Assembly (NCBI GenBank): GCA_964016885.1
Contig: OZ024743.1
Coordinates: forward strand, 47,802,001 to 47,866,000
Direction of reading: 5' to 3'
Length of the DNA stretch: 64,000 nt
Source: Eledone cirrhosa
Lineage: Eukaryota
How positions within the stretch are numbered: position 1 is the first letter of the stretch; the number at the start of each line of letters is the position of its first letter. A model generated the notes under the pieces. The model worked only from the letters and a program-made list of their open reading frames with translations, was not told the DNA's origin and ran no database searches. This document shows, piece by piece, positions 24,601 through 37,400 of the stretch. The position numbers and the translations under genes were made by a program.

Positions 24601-27600
24601 ACAGATAACAACTGATGCAGGTAGTTTGTTCCATGGAGGTTTTAAAGGATGCAGTGTCTCGGCTGCTAACAACTGATGCAGGTAGTGTGTTCCATGGAGG
24701 TTTTAAAGGATGCAGTGTCTTGACAGCTAACAACTGATGCAGGTGGTTTGTTCCATAGAGATTTTAAAGGATGCAGTGTCTTGACAGCTAATAATTAATG
24801 CAGGTAGTTTGTTCAATGGAGGCTTTAAAGAATGCAGTGTCTTGACAGCTAACAACTGATGCAGGTAGTTTGTTCCATGGAGGTTTTAAAGGATGCAGTG
24901 TCTTGACAGCTAACAACTGATGCAGGTAGTTTGTTCTATGGAGGTTTTAAAGGATGCAGTGTCTTGACATCTAACAACTGATGCAGGTACTTTGTTCCAT
25001 GGAGGTTTTAAAGGATGCAGTGTCTCGGCAGCTAATAACTGATGCAGGTAGTTTGTTCCATGGAGGTTTTAAAGGATACAGTGTCTTGACAGCTAACAAC
25101 TGATGCTGGTAGTTTGTTCCATGAAGGTTTTAAAGGATGCAGTGTCTTGACAGCTAACAATTAATGCAGGTAGTTTGTTCCATGGAGGCTTTAAAGGATG
25201 CAGTGTCTCGACAGCTAACAACTGATGCAGGTAGTTTGTTCCATGGAGGTTTTAAAGGATGCAGTGTCTTGACAGCTAACAACTGATGCAGGTGGTTTGT
25301 TCCATGGAGGTTTTAAAGGATGCAGTGTCTTGAAAGCTCACAACTGATCCAGGTAGTTTGTTCCATGGAGGTTTTAAAGGATGCAGTTTCTTGACAGCTA
25401 ACAACTGATGCAGGTAGTTTGTTCCATGGAGGTTTTAAAGGATGCAGTGTCTCGGCAGCTAACAACTGATGCAGGTAGTTTGTTCCATGGAGGTTTTAAA
25501 GGATGCAGTGTCTTGACAGCTAACAACTGATGCAGGTAGTTTGTTCCATGGAGGTTTTAAAGGATGCAGTGTCTTGACAGCTAAAAACTGATGCAGGTAG
25601 TTTGTTCTATGGAGGTTTTAAAGGATGCAGTGTCTTGACAGCTAACAACTGATGCAGGTAGTTTGTTCCATGGAGGTTTTAAAGGATGCAGTGTCTTGAC
25701 AGCTAACAACTGATGCAGGTAGTTTGTTCCATGGAAGTTTTAAAGGATGCAGTGTCTTGACAGATAAAAACTGATGCAGGTAGTTTGTTCCATGGAGGTT
25801 TTAAAGGATGCAGTGTCTTGACAGCTAACAACTGATCCAGGTAGTTTGTTCCATGGAGGTTTTAAAGGATGCAGTGTCTTGACAGCTAACAACTGATGCA
25901 GGTAGTTTGATCCATGGAGGTTTTAAAGAATGCAGTGTCTTGACAGCTAACAACTGATGCTGGTAGTTTGTTCAATGGAGGTTTTAAAGGAAGCAGTGTC
26001 TTGACAGCTAACAATTAATGCAGGTAGTTTGTTCCATGGAGGCTTTAAAGGATGCAGAGTCTCGACAGCTAACAACTGATGCAGGTAGTTTGTTCCATGG
26101 AGGTTTTAAAGGATGCAGTGTCTTGACAGCTAACAACTGATGCAGGTAGTTTGTTACATGGAGTTTTTAAAGGATGCAGTGTCTTGACAGCTAACAACTG
26201 ATGCAGGTAGTTTGTGCCATAGAGATTTTAAAGGATGCAGTGTCTTGACAGCTAATAATTAATGCAGGTAGTTTGTTCCATGGAGGCTTTAAAGAATGCA
26301 GTGTCTTGACAGCTAACAACTGATGCAGGTAGTTTGTTCCATGGAGGTTTTAAAGGATGCAGTGTCTTGACAGCTAACAACTGATGCAGGTACTTTGTTC
26401 TATGGAGGTTTTAAAGGATGCAGTGTCTTGACATCTAACAACTGATGCAGGTAGTTTGTTCCATGGAGGTTTTAAAGGATGCAGTGTCTTGACAGCTAAC
26501 AACTGATGCAGGTAGTTTGTTCCATGGAGGCTTAAAAGGATGCAGTGTCTCGGCAGCTAACAACTGATGCAGGTAGTTTGTTCCATGGAGGTTTTAAAGG
26601 ATGCAGTGTCTTGACAGGTAACAACTGATGCAGGTAGTTTGTTCCATGGAGGTTTTAAAGGATGCAGTGTCTTGACAGCTAACAACTGATCCAGGTAGTT
26701 TGTTCCATGGAGGTTTTAAAGGATGCAGTGTCTTGACAGCTAACAACTGATGCAGGTAGTTTGATCCATGGAGGTTTTAAAGAATGCAGTGTCTTGACAG
26801 CTAACAACTGATGCTGGTAGTTTGTTCAATGGAGGTTTTAAAGGATGCAGTGTCTTGACAGCTAACAATTAATGCAGGTAGTTTGTTCCATGGAGGCTTT
26901 AAAGGATGCAGTGTCTCGACAGCTAACAACTGATGCAGGTAGTTTGTTCCATGGAGGTTTTAAAGGATGCAGTGTCTTGACAGCTAACAACTGATGCAGG
27001 TAGTTTGTTCCATGGAGTTTTTAAAGGATGCAGTGTCTTGACAGCTAACAACTGATGCAGGTAGTTTGTTCCATAGAGATTTTAAAGGATGCAGTGTCTT
27101 GAAAGCTAATAATTAATGCAGGTAGTTTGTTCCATGGAGGCTTTAAAGAATACAGTGTCTTGACAGCTAACAACTGATGCAGGTAGTTTGTTCCATGGAG
27201 GTTTTAAAGGATGCAGTGTCTTGACAGCTAACAACTGATGCAGGTAGTTTGTTCTATGGAGGTTTTAAAGGATGCAGTGTCTTGACATCTAACAACTGAT
27301 GCAGGTACTTTGTTCCATGGAGGTTTTAAAGGATGCAGTGTCTCGGCAGCTAATAACTGATGCAGGTAGTTTGTTCCATGGAGGTTTTAAAGGATACAGT
27401 GTCTTGACAGCTAACAACTGATGCAGGTAGTTTGTTCCATGGAGGCTTAAAAGGATGCAGTGTCTCGGCAGTTAACAACTGATGCAGGTAGTTTGTTCCA
27501 TGGAGGTTTTAAAGGATGCAGTGTCTTGACAGCTAACAACTGATGCAGGTAGTTTGTTCCATGGAGGTTTTAAAGGATGCAATATCTTGACAGCTAACAA

Positions 27601-30600
27601 CTGATGCGGGTAGTTTGTTACATGGAAGTTTTAAAGGATGCAGTGTCTTGACAGCTAAAAACTGATGCAGGTAGTTTGTTCCATGGAGGTTTTAAAGGAT
27701 GCAGTGTCTTGACAGCTAACAACTGATGCAGGTAGTTTGTTCCATGGAGGCTTAAAAGGATGCAGTGTCTCGGCAGCTAACAACTGATGCAGGTAGTTTG
27801 TTCCATGGAGGTTTTAAAGGATGCAGTGTCTTGACAGCTAACAACTGATGCAGATAGTTTGTTCCATGGAGGCTTTAAAGGATGCAGTGTCTCGACAGCT
27901 AACAACTGATGCAGGTAGTTTGTTCCATGGAGGTTTTAAAGGATGCAGTGTCTTGACAGCTAACAACTGATGCAGGTAGTTTGTTCCATGGAAGTTTTAA
28001 AGGATGCAGTGTCTTGACAGATAACAACTGATGCAGGTAGTTTGTTCCATGGAGGTTTTAAAGGATGCAGTGTCTCGGCAGCTAACAACTGATGCAGGTA
28101 GTGTGTTCCATGGAGGTTTTAAAGGATGCAGTGTCTTGACAGCTAACAACTGATGCAGGTGGTTTGTTCCATGGAGTTTTTAAAGGATGCAGTGTCTTGA
28201 CAGCTAACAACTGATGCAGGTAGTTTGTTCCATAGAGATTTTAAAGGATGCAGTGTCTTGACAGCTAATAATTAATGCAGGTAGTTTGTTCAATGGAGGC
28301 TTTAAAGAATGCAGTGTCTTGACAGCTAACAACTGATGCAGGTAGTTTGTTCCATGGAGGTTTTAAAGGATGCAGTGTCTTGACAGCTAACAACTGATGC
28401 AGGTAGTTTGTTCCATGGAGGTTTTAAAGGATGCAGTGTCTCGGCAGCTAATAACTGATGCAGGTAGTTTGTTCCATGGAGGTTTTAAAGGATACAGTGT
28501 CTTGACAGCTAACAACTGATGCTGGTAGTTTGTTCCATGAAGGTTTTAAAGGATGCTGTGTCTTGACAGCTAACAATTAATGCAGGTAGTTTGTTCCATG
28601 GAGGCTTTAAAGGATGCAGTGTCTCGACAGCTAACAACTGATGCAGGTAGTTTGTTCCATGGAGGTTTTAAAGGATGCAGTGTCTTGACAGCTAATAATT
28701 AATGCAGGTAGTTTGTTCCATGGAGGTTTTAAAGGATGCAGTGTCTTGAAAGCTCACAACTGATCCAGGTAGTTTGTTCCATGGAGGTTTTAAAGGATGC
28801 AGTTTCTTGACAGCTAACAACTGATGCAGGTAGTTTGTTCCATGGAGGTTTTAAAGGATGCAGTGTCTTGACAGCTAACAACTGATGCAGGTAGTTTGTT
28901 CCATGGAGGTTTTAAAGGATGCAGTGTCTTGACAGCTAAAAACTGATGCAGGTAGTTTGTTCCATGGAGGTTTTAAAGGATGCAGTGTCTTGACAGCTAA
29001 CAACTGATGCAGGTAGTTTGTTCCATGGAGATTTTAAAGGATGCAGTGTCTTGACAGCTAACAACTGATGCAGGTAGTTTGTTCCATGGAAGTTTTAAAG
29101 GATGCAGTGTCTTGACAGCTAACAACTGATGCAGGTAGTTTGTTCCATGGAGGCTTTAAAGGATGCAATATCTTGACAGCTAACAACTGATGCGGGTAGT
29201 TTGTTACATGGAAGTTTTAAAGGATGCAGTGTCTTGACAGCTAAAAACTGATGCAGGTAGTTTGTTCCATGGAGGTTTTAAAGGATGCAGTGTCTTGACA
29301 GCTAACAACTGATGCAGGTACTTTGTTCCATGGAGGTTTTAAAGGATGCAGAGTCTTGACAGCTAACAACTGATGCAGGTAGTTTGTTCCATGGAAGTTT
29401 TAAAGGATGCAGTGTCTTGACAGATAAAAACTGATGCAGGTAGTTTGTTCCATGGAGGTTTTAAAGGACGCAGTGTCTCGGCAGCTAACAACTGATGCAG
29501 GTAGTGTGTTCCATGGAGGTTTTAAAGGATGCAGTGACTTGACAGCTAACAACTGATGCAGGTAGTTTGTTCCATAGAGGTTTTAAAGGATGCAGTGTCT
29601 TGACATCTAACAACTGATGCAGGTACTTTGTTCCATGGAGGTTTTAAAGGATGCAGTGTCTCGGCAGCTAATAACTGATGCAGGTAGTTTGTTCCATGGA
29701 GGTTTTAAAGGATGCAGTGTCTTGACAGCTAACAACTGATGCAGGTAGTTTGTTCCATGGAGGCTTAAAAGGATGCAGTGTCTCGGCAGCTAACAACTGA
29801 TGCAGGTGGTTTGTTCCATGGAGTTTTTAAAGGATGCAGTGTCTTGACAGCTAACAACTGATGCAGGTAGTTTGTTCCATAGAGATTTTAAAGGATGCAG
29901 TGTCTTGACAGCTAACAACTGATGCTGGTAGTTTGTTCCATGAAGGTTTTAAAGGATGCAGTGTCTTGACAGCTAACAATTAATGCAGGTAGTTTGTTCC
30001 ATGGAGGCTTTAAAGGATGCAGTGTCTCGACAGCTAACAACTGATGCAGGTAGTTTGTTCCATGGAGGTTTTAAAGGATGCAGTGTCTCGGCAGCTAATA
30101 ACTGATGCAGGTAGTTTGTTCCATGGAGGTTTTAAAGGATACAGTGTCTCGGCAGCTAATAACTGATGCAGGTAGTTTGTTCCATGGAGGTTTTAAAGGA
30201 TGCAGTGTCTTGACAGCTAACAACTGATGCAGGTAGTTTGTTCCATGGAGGCTTAAAAGGATGCAGTGTCTCGGCAGCTAACAACTGATGCAGGTAGTTT
30301 GTTCCATGGAGGTTTTAAAGGATGCAGTGTCTTGACAGCTAACAACTGATGCAGGTAGTTTGTTCCATGGAGGTTTTAAAGGATGCAGTGTCTTGACAGC
30401 TAACAACTGATCCAGGTAGTTTGTTCCATGGAGGTTTTAAAGGATGCAGTGTCTTGACAGCTAACAACTGATGCAGGTAGTTTGATCCATGGAGGTTTTA
30501 AAGAATGCAGTGTCTTGACAGCTAACAACTGATGCTGGTAGTTTGTTCAATGGAGGTTTTAAAGGATGCAGTGTCTTGACAGCTAACAATTAATGCAGGT

Positions 30601-31440
30601 AGTTTGTTCCATGGAGGCTTTAAAGGATGCAGTGTCTCGACAGCTAACAACTGATGCAGGTAGTTTGTTCCATGGAGGTTTTAAAGGATGCAGTGTCTTG
30701 ACAGCTAACAACTGATGCAGGTAGTTTGTTCCATAGAGATTTTAAAGGATGCAGTGTCTTGACAGCTAATAATTAATGCAGGTAGTTTGTTCCATGGAGG
30801 CTTTAAAGAATGCAGTCTCTTGACAGCTAACAACTGATGCAGGTAGTTTGTTCCATGGAGGTTTTAAAGGATGCAGTGTCTTGACAGCTAACAACTGATG
30901 CAGGTAGTTTGTTCTATGGAGGTTTTAAAGGATGCAGTGTCTTGACATCTAACAACTGATGCAGGTAGTTTGTTCCATGGAGGTTTTAAAGGATGCAGTG
31001 TCTTGACAGCTAACAACTGATGCAGGTAGTTTGTTCCATGGAGGCTTAAAAGGATGCAGTGTCTCGGCAGCTAACAACTGATGCAGGTAGTTTGTTCCAT
31101 GGAGGTTTTAAAGGATGCAGTGTCTTGACAGGTAACAACTGATGCAGGTAGTTTGTTCCATGGAGGTTTTAAAGGATGCAGTGTCTTGACAGCTAACAAC
31201 TGATCCAGGTAGTTTGTTCCATGGAGGTTTTAAAGGATGCAGTGTCTTGACAGCTAACAACTGATGCAGGTAGTTTGATCCATGGAGGTTTTAAAGAATG
31301 CAGTGTCTTGACAGCTAACAACTGATGCTGGTAGTTTGTTCAATGGAGGTTTTAAAGGATGCAGTGTCTTGACAGCTAACAATTAATGCAGGTAGTTTGT
31401 TCCATGGAGGCTTTAAAGGATGCAGTGTCTCGACAGCTAA
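21600..31440. repeat. HOR domain A2: shares A variants but lacks the 59-bp marker block
   Basis: A-type variants persist (GCAATATC/GATGCGGG/GTTACA, CCATAGAGAT, AATAATTAAT, AAAGAAT, GGCTTAAAA, GACATCT). I see no indel monomer between ~20420 and ~32080. GGCAGTTAAC at 24051 and 27467 is 56 monomers apart. The left boundary is approximate. Confidence 0.7.
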
Positions 31441-34400
31441 CAACTGATGCATGTAGTTTGTTCCATGGAGGTTTTAAAGGATGCAGCGTCTTGACAGCTA
31501 ACAACTGATGCAGGTAGTTTGTTCCATGGAGGTTTTAAAGGATGCAGTGTCTCGACAGCTAACAAATGATGCAGGTAGTTTGTTCCATGGAGGTTTTAAA
31601 GGATGCAGTGTCTCGACAGCTAACAACTGATGCAGGTAGTTTGTTCCATGGAGCTTTTAAAGGATGCAGTGTCTTGACAGCTAACAATTAATGCAGGTAG
31701 TTTGTTCCATGGAGGCTTTAAAGGATGCAGTGTCTTGACAGCTAACAACTGATGCAGGTAGTTTGTTCCATGGAGGTTTTAAAGGATGCAGTGTCTTGAC
31801 AGCTAACAACTGATGCAGGTAGTTTGTTCTATGGAGGTTTTAAAGGATGCAGTGTCTTGACAGCTAACAACTGATGCAGGTAGTTTGTTCCATGGAGGTT
31901 TTAAAGGATGCAGTGTCTTGACAGCTAACAACTGATGCAGGTAGTTTGATCCATGGAGGTTTTAAAGGATGCAGTGTCTTGACAGCTAACAACTGATGCT
32001 GGTAGTTTGTTCCATGGAGGTTTTAAAGGATGCAGTGTCTTGACAGCTAACAATTAATGCAGGTAGTTTGTTCCATGGGGGTTTTAAGGATGCAGTGTCT
32101 CGACAGCTAACAACTGATGCAGGTAGTTTGTTCCATGGAGGTTTTAAAGGATGCAGTGTCTTGACAGCTCACAACTGATGCAGGTAGTTTGTTCCATGGA
32201 GGCTTTAAAGGATGCAGTGTCTTGGCAGCTAACAACTGATGCAGGTAGTTTGTTCCATGGAGGCTTTAAAGGATGCAGTGTCTCGGCAGCTAACAACAGA
32301 TGCAGGTAGTTTGTTCCATGGAGGTTTTAAAGGATGCAGTGTCTTGACAGCTAACAACTGATCCAGGTAGTTTGTTCCATGGAGGTTTTAAAGGATGCAG
32401 TGTCTTGACAGCTAAAAACTGATGCAGGTAGTTTGTTCCATGGATGTTTTTAAGGATGCAGTGTCTCGACAGCTAACAACTGATGCAGGTAGTTTGTTCC
32501 ATGGAGGCTTTAAAGGATGCAGTGTCTCGGCAGCTAACAACTGATGCAGGTAGTTTGTTCCATGGAGGTTTTAAAGGATGCAGTGTCTTGACAGCTAACA
32601 ACTGATGCAGGTAGTTTGTTCCATGGAGGTTTTAAAGGATGCAGTGTCTTGACAGCTAACAACTGATGCAGGTAGTTTGTTCCATGGAGGTTTTAAAGGA
32701 TGCAGTGTCTCGACAGCTCACAACTGATGCAGGTAGTTTGTTCCATGGAGGTTTTAAAGGATGCAGTATCTTGACAGCTAACAACTGATGCATGTCGTTT
32801 GTTCGATGGAGGTTTTAAAGGATGCAGTGTTTTGACAGCTAACAACTGATGCAGGTAGTTTGTTCCATGGAGGCTTTAAAGGATGCAGTGTCTTGACAGC
32901 TAACAACTGATGCAGGTAGTTTGTTCCATGGAGGTTTTAAAGGATGCAGTGTCTTGACAGCTAACAACTGATGCAGATAGTTTGTTCCATGGAGGTTTTA
33001 AAGGATGCAGTGTCTTGACAGCTAACAACTGATGCAGGTACTTTGTTCAATGGAGGTTTTAAAGGATGCAGTGTCTCGGCAGCTAATATCCGATGCAGGT
33101 AGTTTGTTCCATGGAGGTTTTAAAGGATGCAGTGTCTTGACAGCTAACAACTGATGCAGGTAGTTTGTTCCATGGAGGTTTTAAAGGATGCATTGTCTCG
33201 GCAGCTAATAACTGATGCAGGTAGTTTGTTCCATGGAGGTTTTAAAGGATGCAGTGTCTTGATAGCTAACAACTGATGCAGGTAGTTTGTTCTATGGAGG
33301 CTTTAAAGGATGCAGTATCTTGACAGCTAACAACTGATGCAGGTAGTTTGTTCCATGGAGGTTTTAAAGGATGCAGTGTCTTGACAGCTAACAACTGATG
33401 CAGGTAGTTTTTTTCCATGGAGGTTTTAAAGGATGCAGTGTCTCGGCAGCTAACAACTGATGCAGGTAGTTTGTTCCATGGACGCTTTAAAGGATGCAGT
33501 GTCTCGGCAGCTAACAACTGATGCAGGTAGTTTGTTCCATGGAGGTTTTAAAGGATGCAGTGTCTTGACAGCTAACAACTGATGCAGGTAGTTTGTTCCA
33601 TGGAGGTTTTAAAGGATGCAGTGTCTTGACAGCTAACAAATGATGCAGGTAGTTTGTTCCATGGGGGTTTTAAAGGATGCAGTGTCTCAACAGCTAACAA
33701 CTGATGCAGGTAGTTTGTTCCATGGAGGTTTTAAAGGATGCAGTGTCTTGTCAGCTAACAACTGATGCAGGTAGTTTGTTCCATGGAGGTTTTAAAGGAT
33801 GCAGTGTCTCGGCAGCTAACAACTGATGCAGGTAGTGTGTTCCATGGAGGTTTTAAAGGATGCAGTGTCTTGACAGCTAACAAACTGTTGCAGGTAGTTT
33901 GATCCATGGAGGTTTTGAAGGATGCAGTGTCTTGACAGCTAACAACTGATGCTGGTAGTTTGTTCCATGGAGTTTTTAAAGGATGCAGTGTCTTGACAGC
34001 TAACAACTGATGCATTTAGTTTGTTCCATGGAGGTTTTAAAGGATGCAGTGTCTTGACAGCTAACAACTGATGCATGTAGTTTGTTCCATGGTGGTTTTA
34101 AAGGATGCAGTGTCTTGACAGCTAACAACTGATCCAGGTAGTTTGTTTCATGGAGGTTTTAAAGGATGCAGTGTCTTGACAGCTAACAATTAATGCAGGT
34201 AGTTTGTTCCATGGAGGTTTTAAAGGATGCAGTGTCTTGACAGCTAACAACTGATGCAGGTAGTTTGTTCCATGGACGCTTTAAAGGATGCAGTGTCTCG
34301 GCAGCTAACAACTGATGCATGTAGTTTGTTCCATGGAGGTTTTAAAGGATGCAGTGTCTTGACAGCTAACAACTGATGCAGGTAGTTTGTTCCATGGAGG

Positions 34401-37400
34401 TTTTAAAGGATGCAGTGTCTCGACAGCTAACAAATGATGCAGGTAGTTTGTTCCATGGAGGTTTTAAAGGATGCAGTGTCTCGACAGCTAACAACTGATG
34501 CAGGTAGTTTGTTCCATGGAGGTTTTAAAGGATGCACTATCTTGACAGCTAACAACTGATGCAGGTAGTTTGTTCCATGGAGCTTTTAAAGGATGCAGTG
34601 TCTTGACAGCTAACAATTAATGCAGGTAGTTTGTTCCATGGAGGCTTTAAAGGATGCAGTGTCTTGACAGCTAACAACTGATGCAGGTAGTTTGTTCCAT
34701 GGAGGTTTTAAAGGATGCAGTGTCTTGACAGCTAACAACTGATGCAGGTAGTTTGTTCTATGGAGGTTTTAAAGGATGCAGTGTCTTGACAGCTAACAAC
34801 TGATGCAGGTAGTTTGTTCCATGGAGGTTTTAAAGGATGCAGTGTCTTGACAGCTAACAACTGATGCAGGTAGTTTGATCCATGGAGGTTTTAAAGGATG
34901 CAGTGTCTTGACAGCTAACAACTGATGCTGGTAGTTTGTTCCATGGAGGTTTTAAAGGATGCAGTGTCTTGACAGCTAACAATTAATGCAGGTAGTTTGT
35001 TCCATGGGGGTTTTAAGGATGCAGTGTCTCGACAGCTAACAACTGATGCAGGTAGTTTGTTCCATGGAGGTTTTAAAGGATGCAGTGTCTTGACAGCTCA
35101 CAACTGATGCAGGTAGTTTGTTCCATGGAGGCTTTAAAGGATGCAGTGTCTCGGCAGCTAACAACTGATGCAGGTAGTTTGTTCCATGGAGGCTTTAAAG
35201 GATGCAGTGTCTCGGCAGCTAACAACTGATGCAGGTAGTTTGTTCCATGGAGGTTTTAAAGGATGCAGTGTCTTGACAGCTAACAACTGATCCAGGTAGT
35301 TTGTTCCATGGAGGTTTTAAAGGATGCAGTGTCTTGACAGCTAAAAACTGATGCAGGTAGTTTGTTCCATGGATGTTTTTAAGGATGCAGTGTCTCGACA
35401 GCTAACAACTGATGCAGGTAGTTTGTTCCATGGAGGCTTTAAAGGATGCAGTGTCTCGGCAGCTTACAACTGATGCAGGTAGTTTGTTCCATGGAGGTTT
35501 TAAAGGATGCAGTGTCTTGACAGCTAACAACTGATGCAGGTAGTTTGTTCCATGGAGGTTTTAAAGGATGCAGTGTCTTGACAGCTAACAACTGATGCAG
35601 GTAGTTTGTTCCATGGAGGTTTTAAAGGATGCAGTGTCTCGACAGCTCACAACTGATGCAGGTAGTTTGTTCCATGGAGGTTTTAAAGGATGCAGTATCT
35701 TGACAGCTAACAACTGATGCATGTCGTTTGTTCGATGGAGGTTTTAAAGGATGCAGTGTTTTGACAGCTAACAACTGATGCAGGTAGTTTGTTCCATGGA
35801 GGCTTTAAAGGATGCAGTGTCTTGACAGCTAACAACTGATGCAGGTAGTTTGTTCCATGGAGGTTTTAAAGGATGCAGTGTCTTGACAGCTAACAACTGA
35901 TGCAGATAGTTTGTTCCATGGGGGTTTTAAAGGATGCAGTGTCTTGACAGCTAACAACTGATGCAGGTACTTTGTTCAATGGAGGTTTTAAAGGATGCAG
36001 TGTCTCGGCAGCTAATATCCGATGCAGGTAGTTTGTTCCATGGAGGTTTTAAAGGATGCAGTGTCTTGACAGCTAACAACTGATGCAGGTAGTTTGTTCC
36101 ATGGAGGTTTTAAAGGATGCAGTGTCTTGACAGCTAACAACTGATGCAGGTAGTTTGTTCCATGGAGGCTTTAAAGGATGCAGTATCTTCACAGCTAACA
36201 ACTGATGCAGGTAGTTTGTTCCATGGAGGTTTTAAAGGATGCAGTGTCTTGACAGCTAACAACTGATGCAGGTAGTTTGTTCCATGGAGGTTTTAAAGGA
36301 TGCAGTGTCTTGACAGCTAACAACTGATGCAGGTAGTTTTTTTCCATGGAGGTTTTAAAGGATGCAGTGTCTCGGCAGCTAACAACTGATGCAGGTAGTT
36401 TGTTCCATGGACGCTTTAAAGGATGCAGTGTCTCGGCAGCTAACAACTGATGCAGGTAGTTTGTTCCATGGAGGTTTTAAAGGATGCAGTGTCTTGACAG
36501 CTAACAACTGATGCAGGTAGTTTGTTCCATGGAGGTTTTAAAGGATGCAGTGTCTTGACAGCTAACAAATGATGCAGGTAGTTTGTTCCATGGAGGTTTT
36601 AAAGGATGCAGTGTCTCAACAGCTAACAACTGATGCAGGTAGTTTGTTCCATGGAGGTTTTAAAGGATGCAGTGTCTTGTCAGCTAACAACTGATGCAGG
36701 TAGTTTGTTCCATGGAGGTTTTAAAGGATGCAGTGTCTTGACAGCTAACAACTGATGCAGGTAGTTTGTTCCATGGAGGTTTTAAAGGATGCAGTGTCTC
36801 GGCAGCTAACAACTGATGCAGGTAGTGTGTTCCATGGAGGTTTTAAAGGATGCAGTGTCTTGACAGCTAACAAACTGTTGCAGGTAGTTTGATCCATGGA
36901 GGTTTTGAAGGATGCAGTGTCTTGACAGCTAACAATTAATGCAGGTAGTTTGTTCCATGGAGGTTTTAAAGGAGGCAGTGTCTTGACAGCTAACAACTGA
37001 TGCAGGTAGTTTGTTCCATGGACGCTTTAAAGGATGCAGTGTCTCGGCAGCTAACAACTGATGCATGTAGTTTGTTCCATGGAGGTTTTAAAGGATGCAG
37101 CGTCTTGACAGCTAACAACTGATGCAGGTAGTTTGTTCCATGGAGGTTTTAAAGGATGCAGTGTCTCGACAGCTAACAAATGATGCAGGTAGTTTGTTCC
37201 ATGGAGGTTTTAAAGGATGCAGTGTCTCGACAGCTAACAACTGATGCAGGTAGTTTGTTCCATGGAGCTTTTAAAGGATGCAGTGTCTTGACAGCTAACA
37301 ATTAATGCAGGTAGTTTGTTCCATGGAGGCTTTAAAGGATGCAGTGTCTTGACAGCTAACAACTGATGCAGGTAGTTTGTTCCATGGAGGTTTTAAAGGA

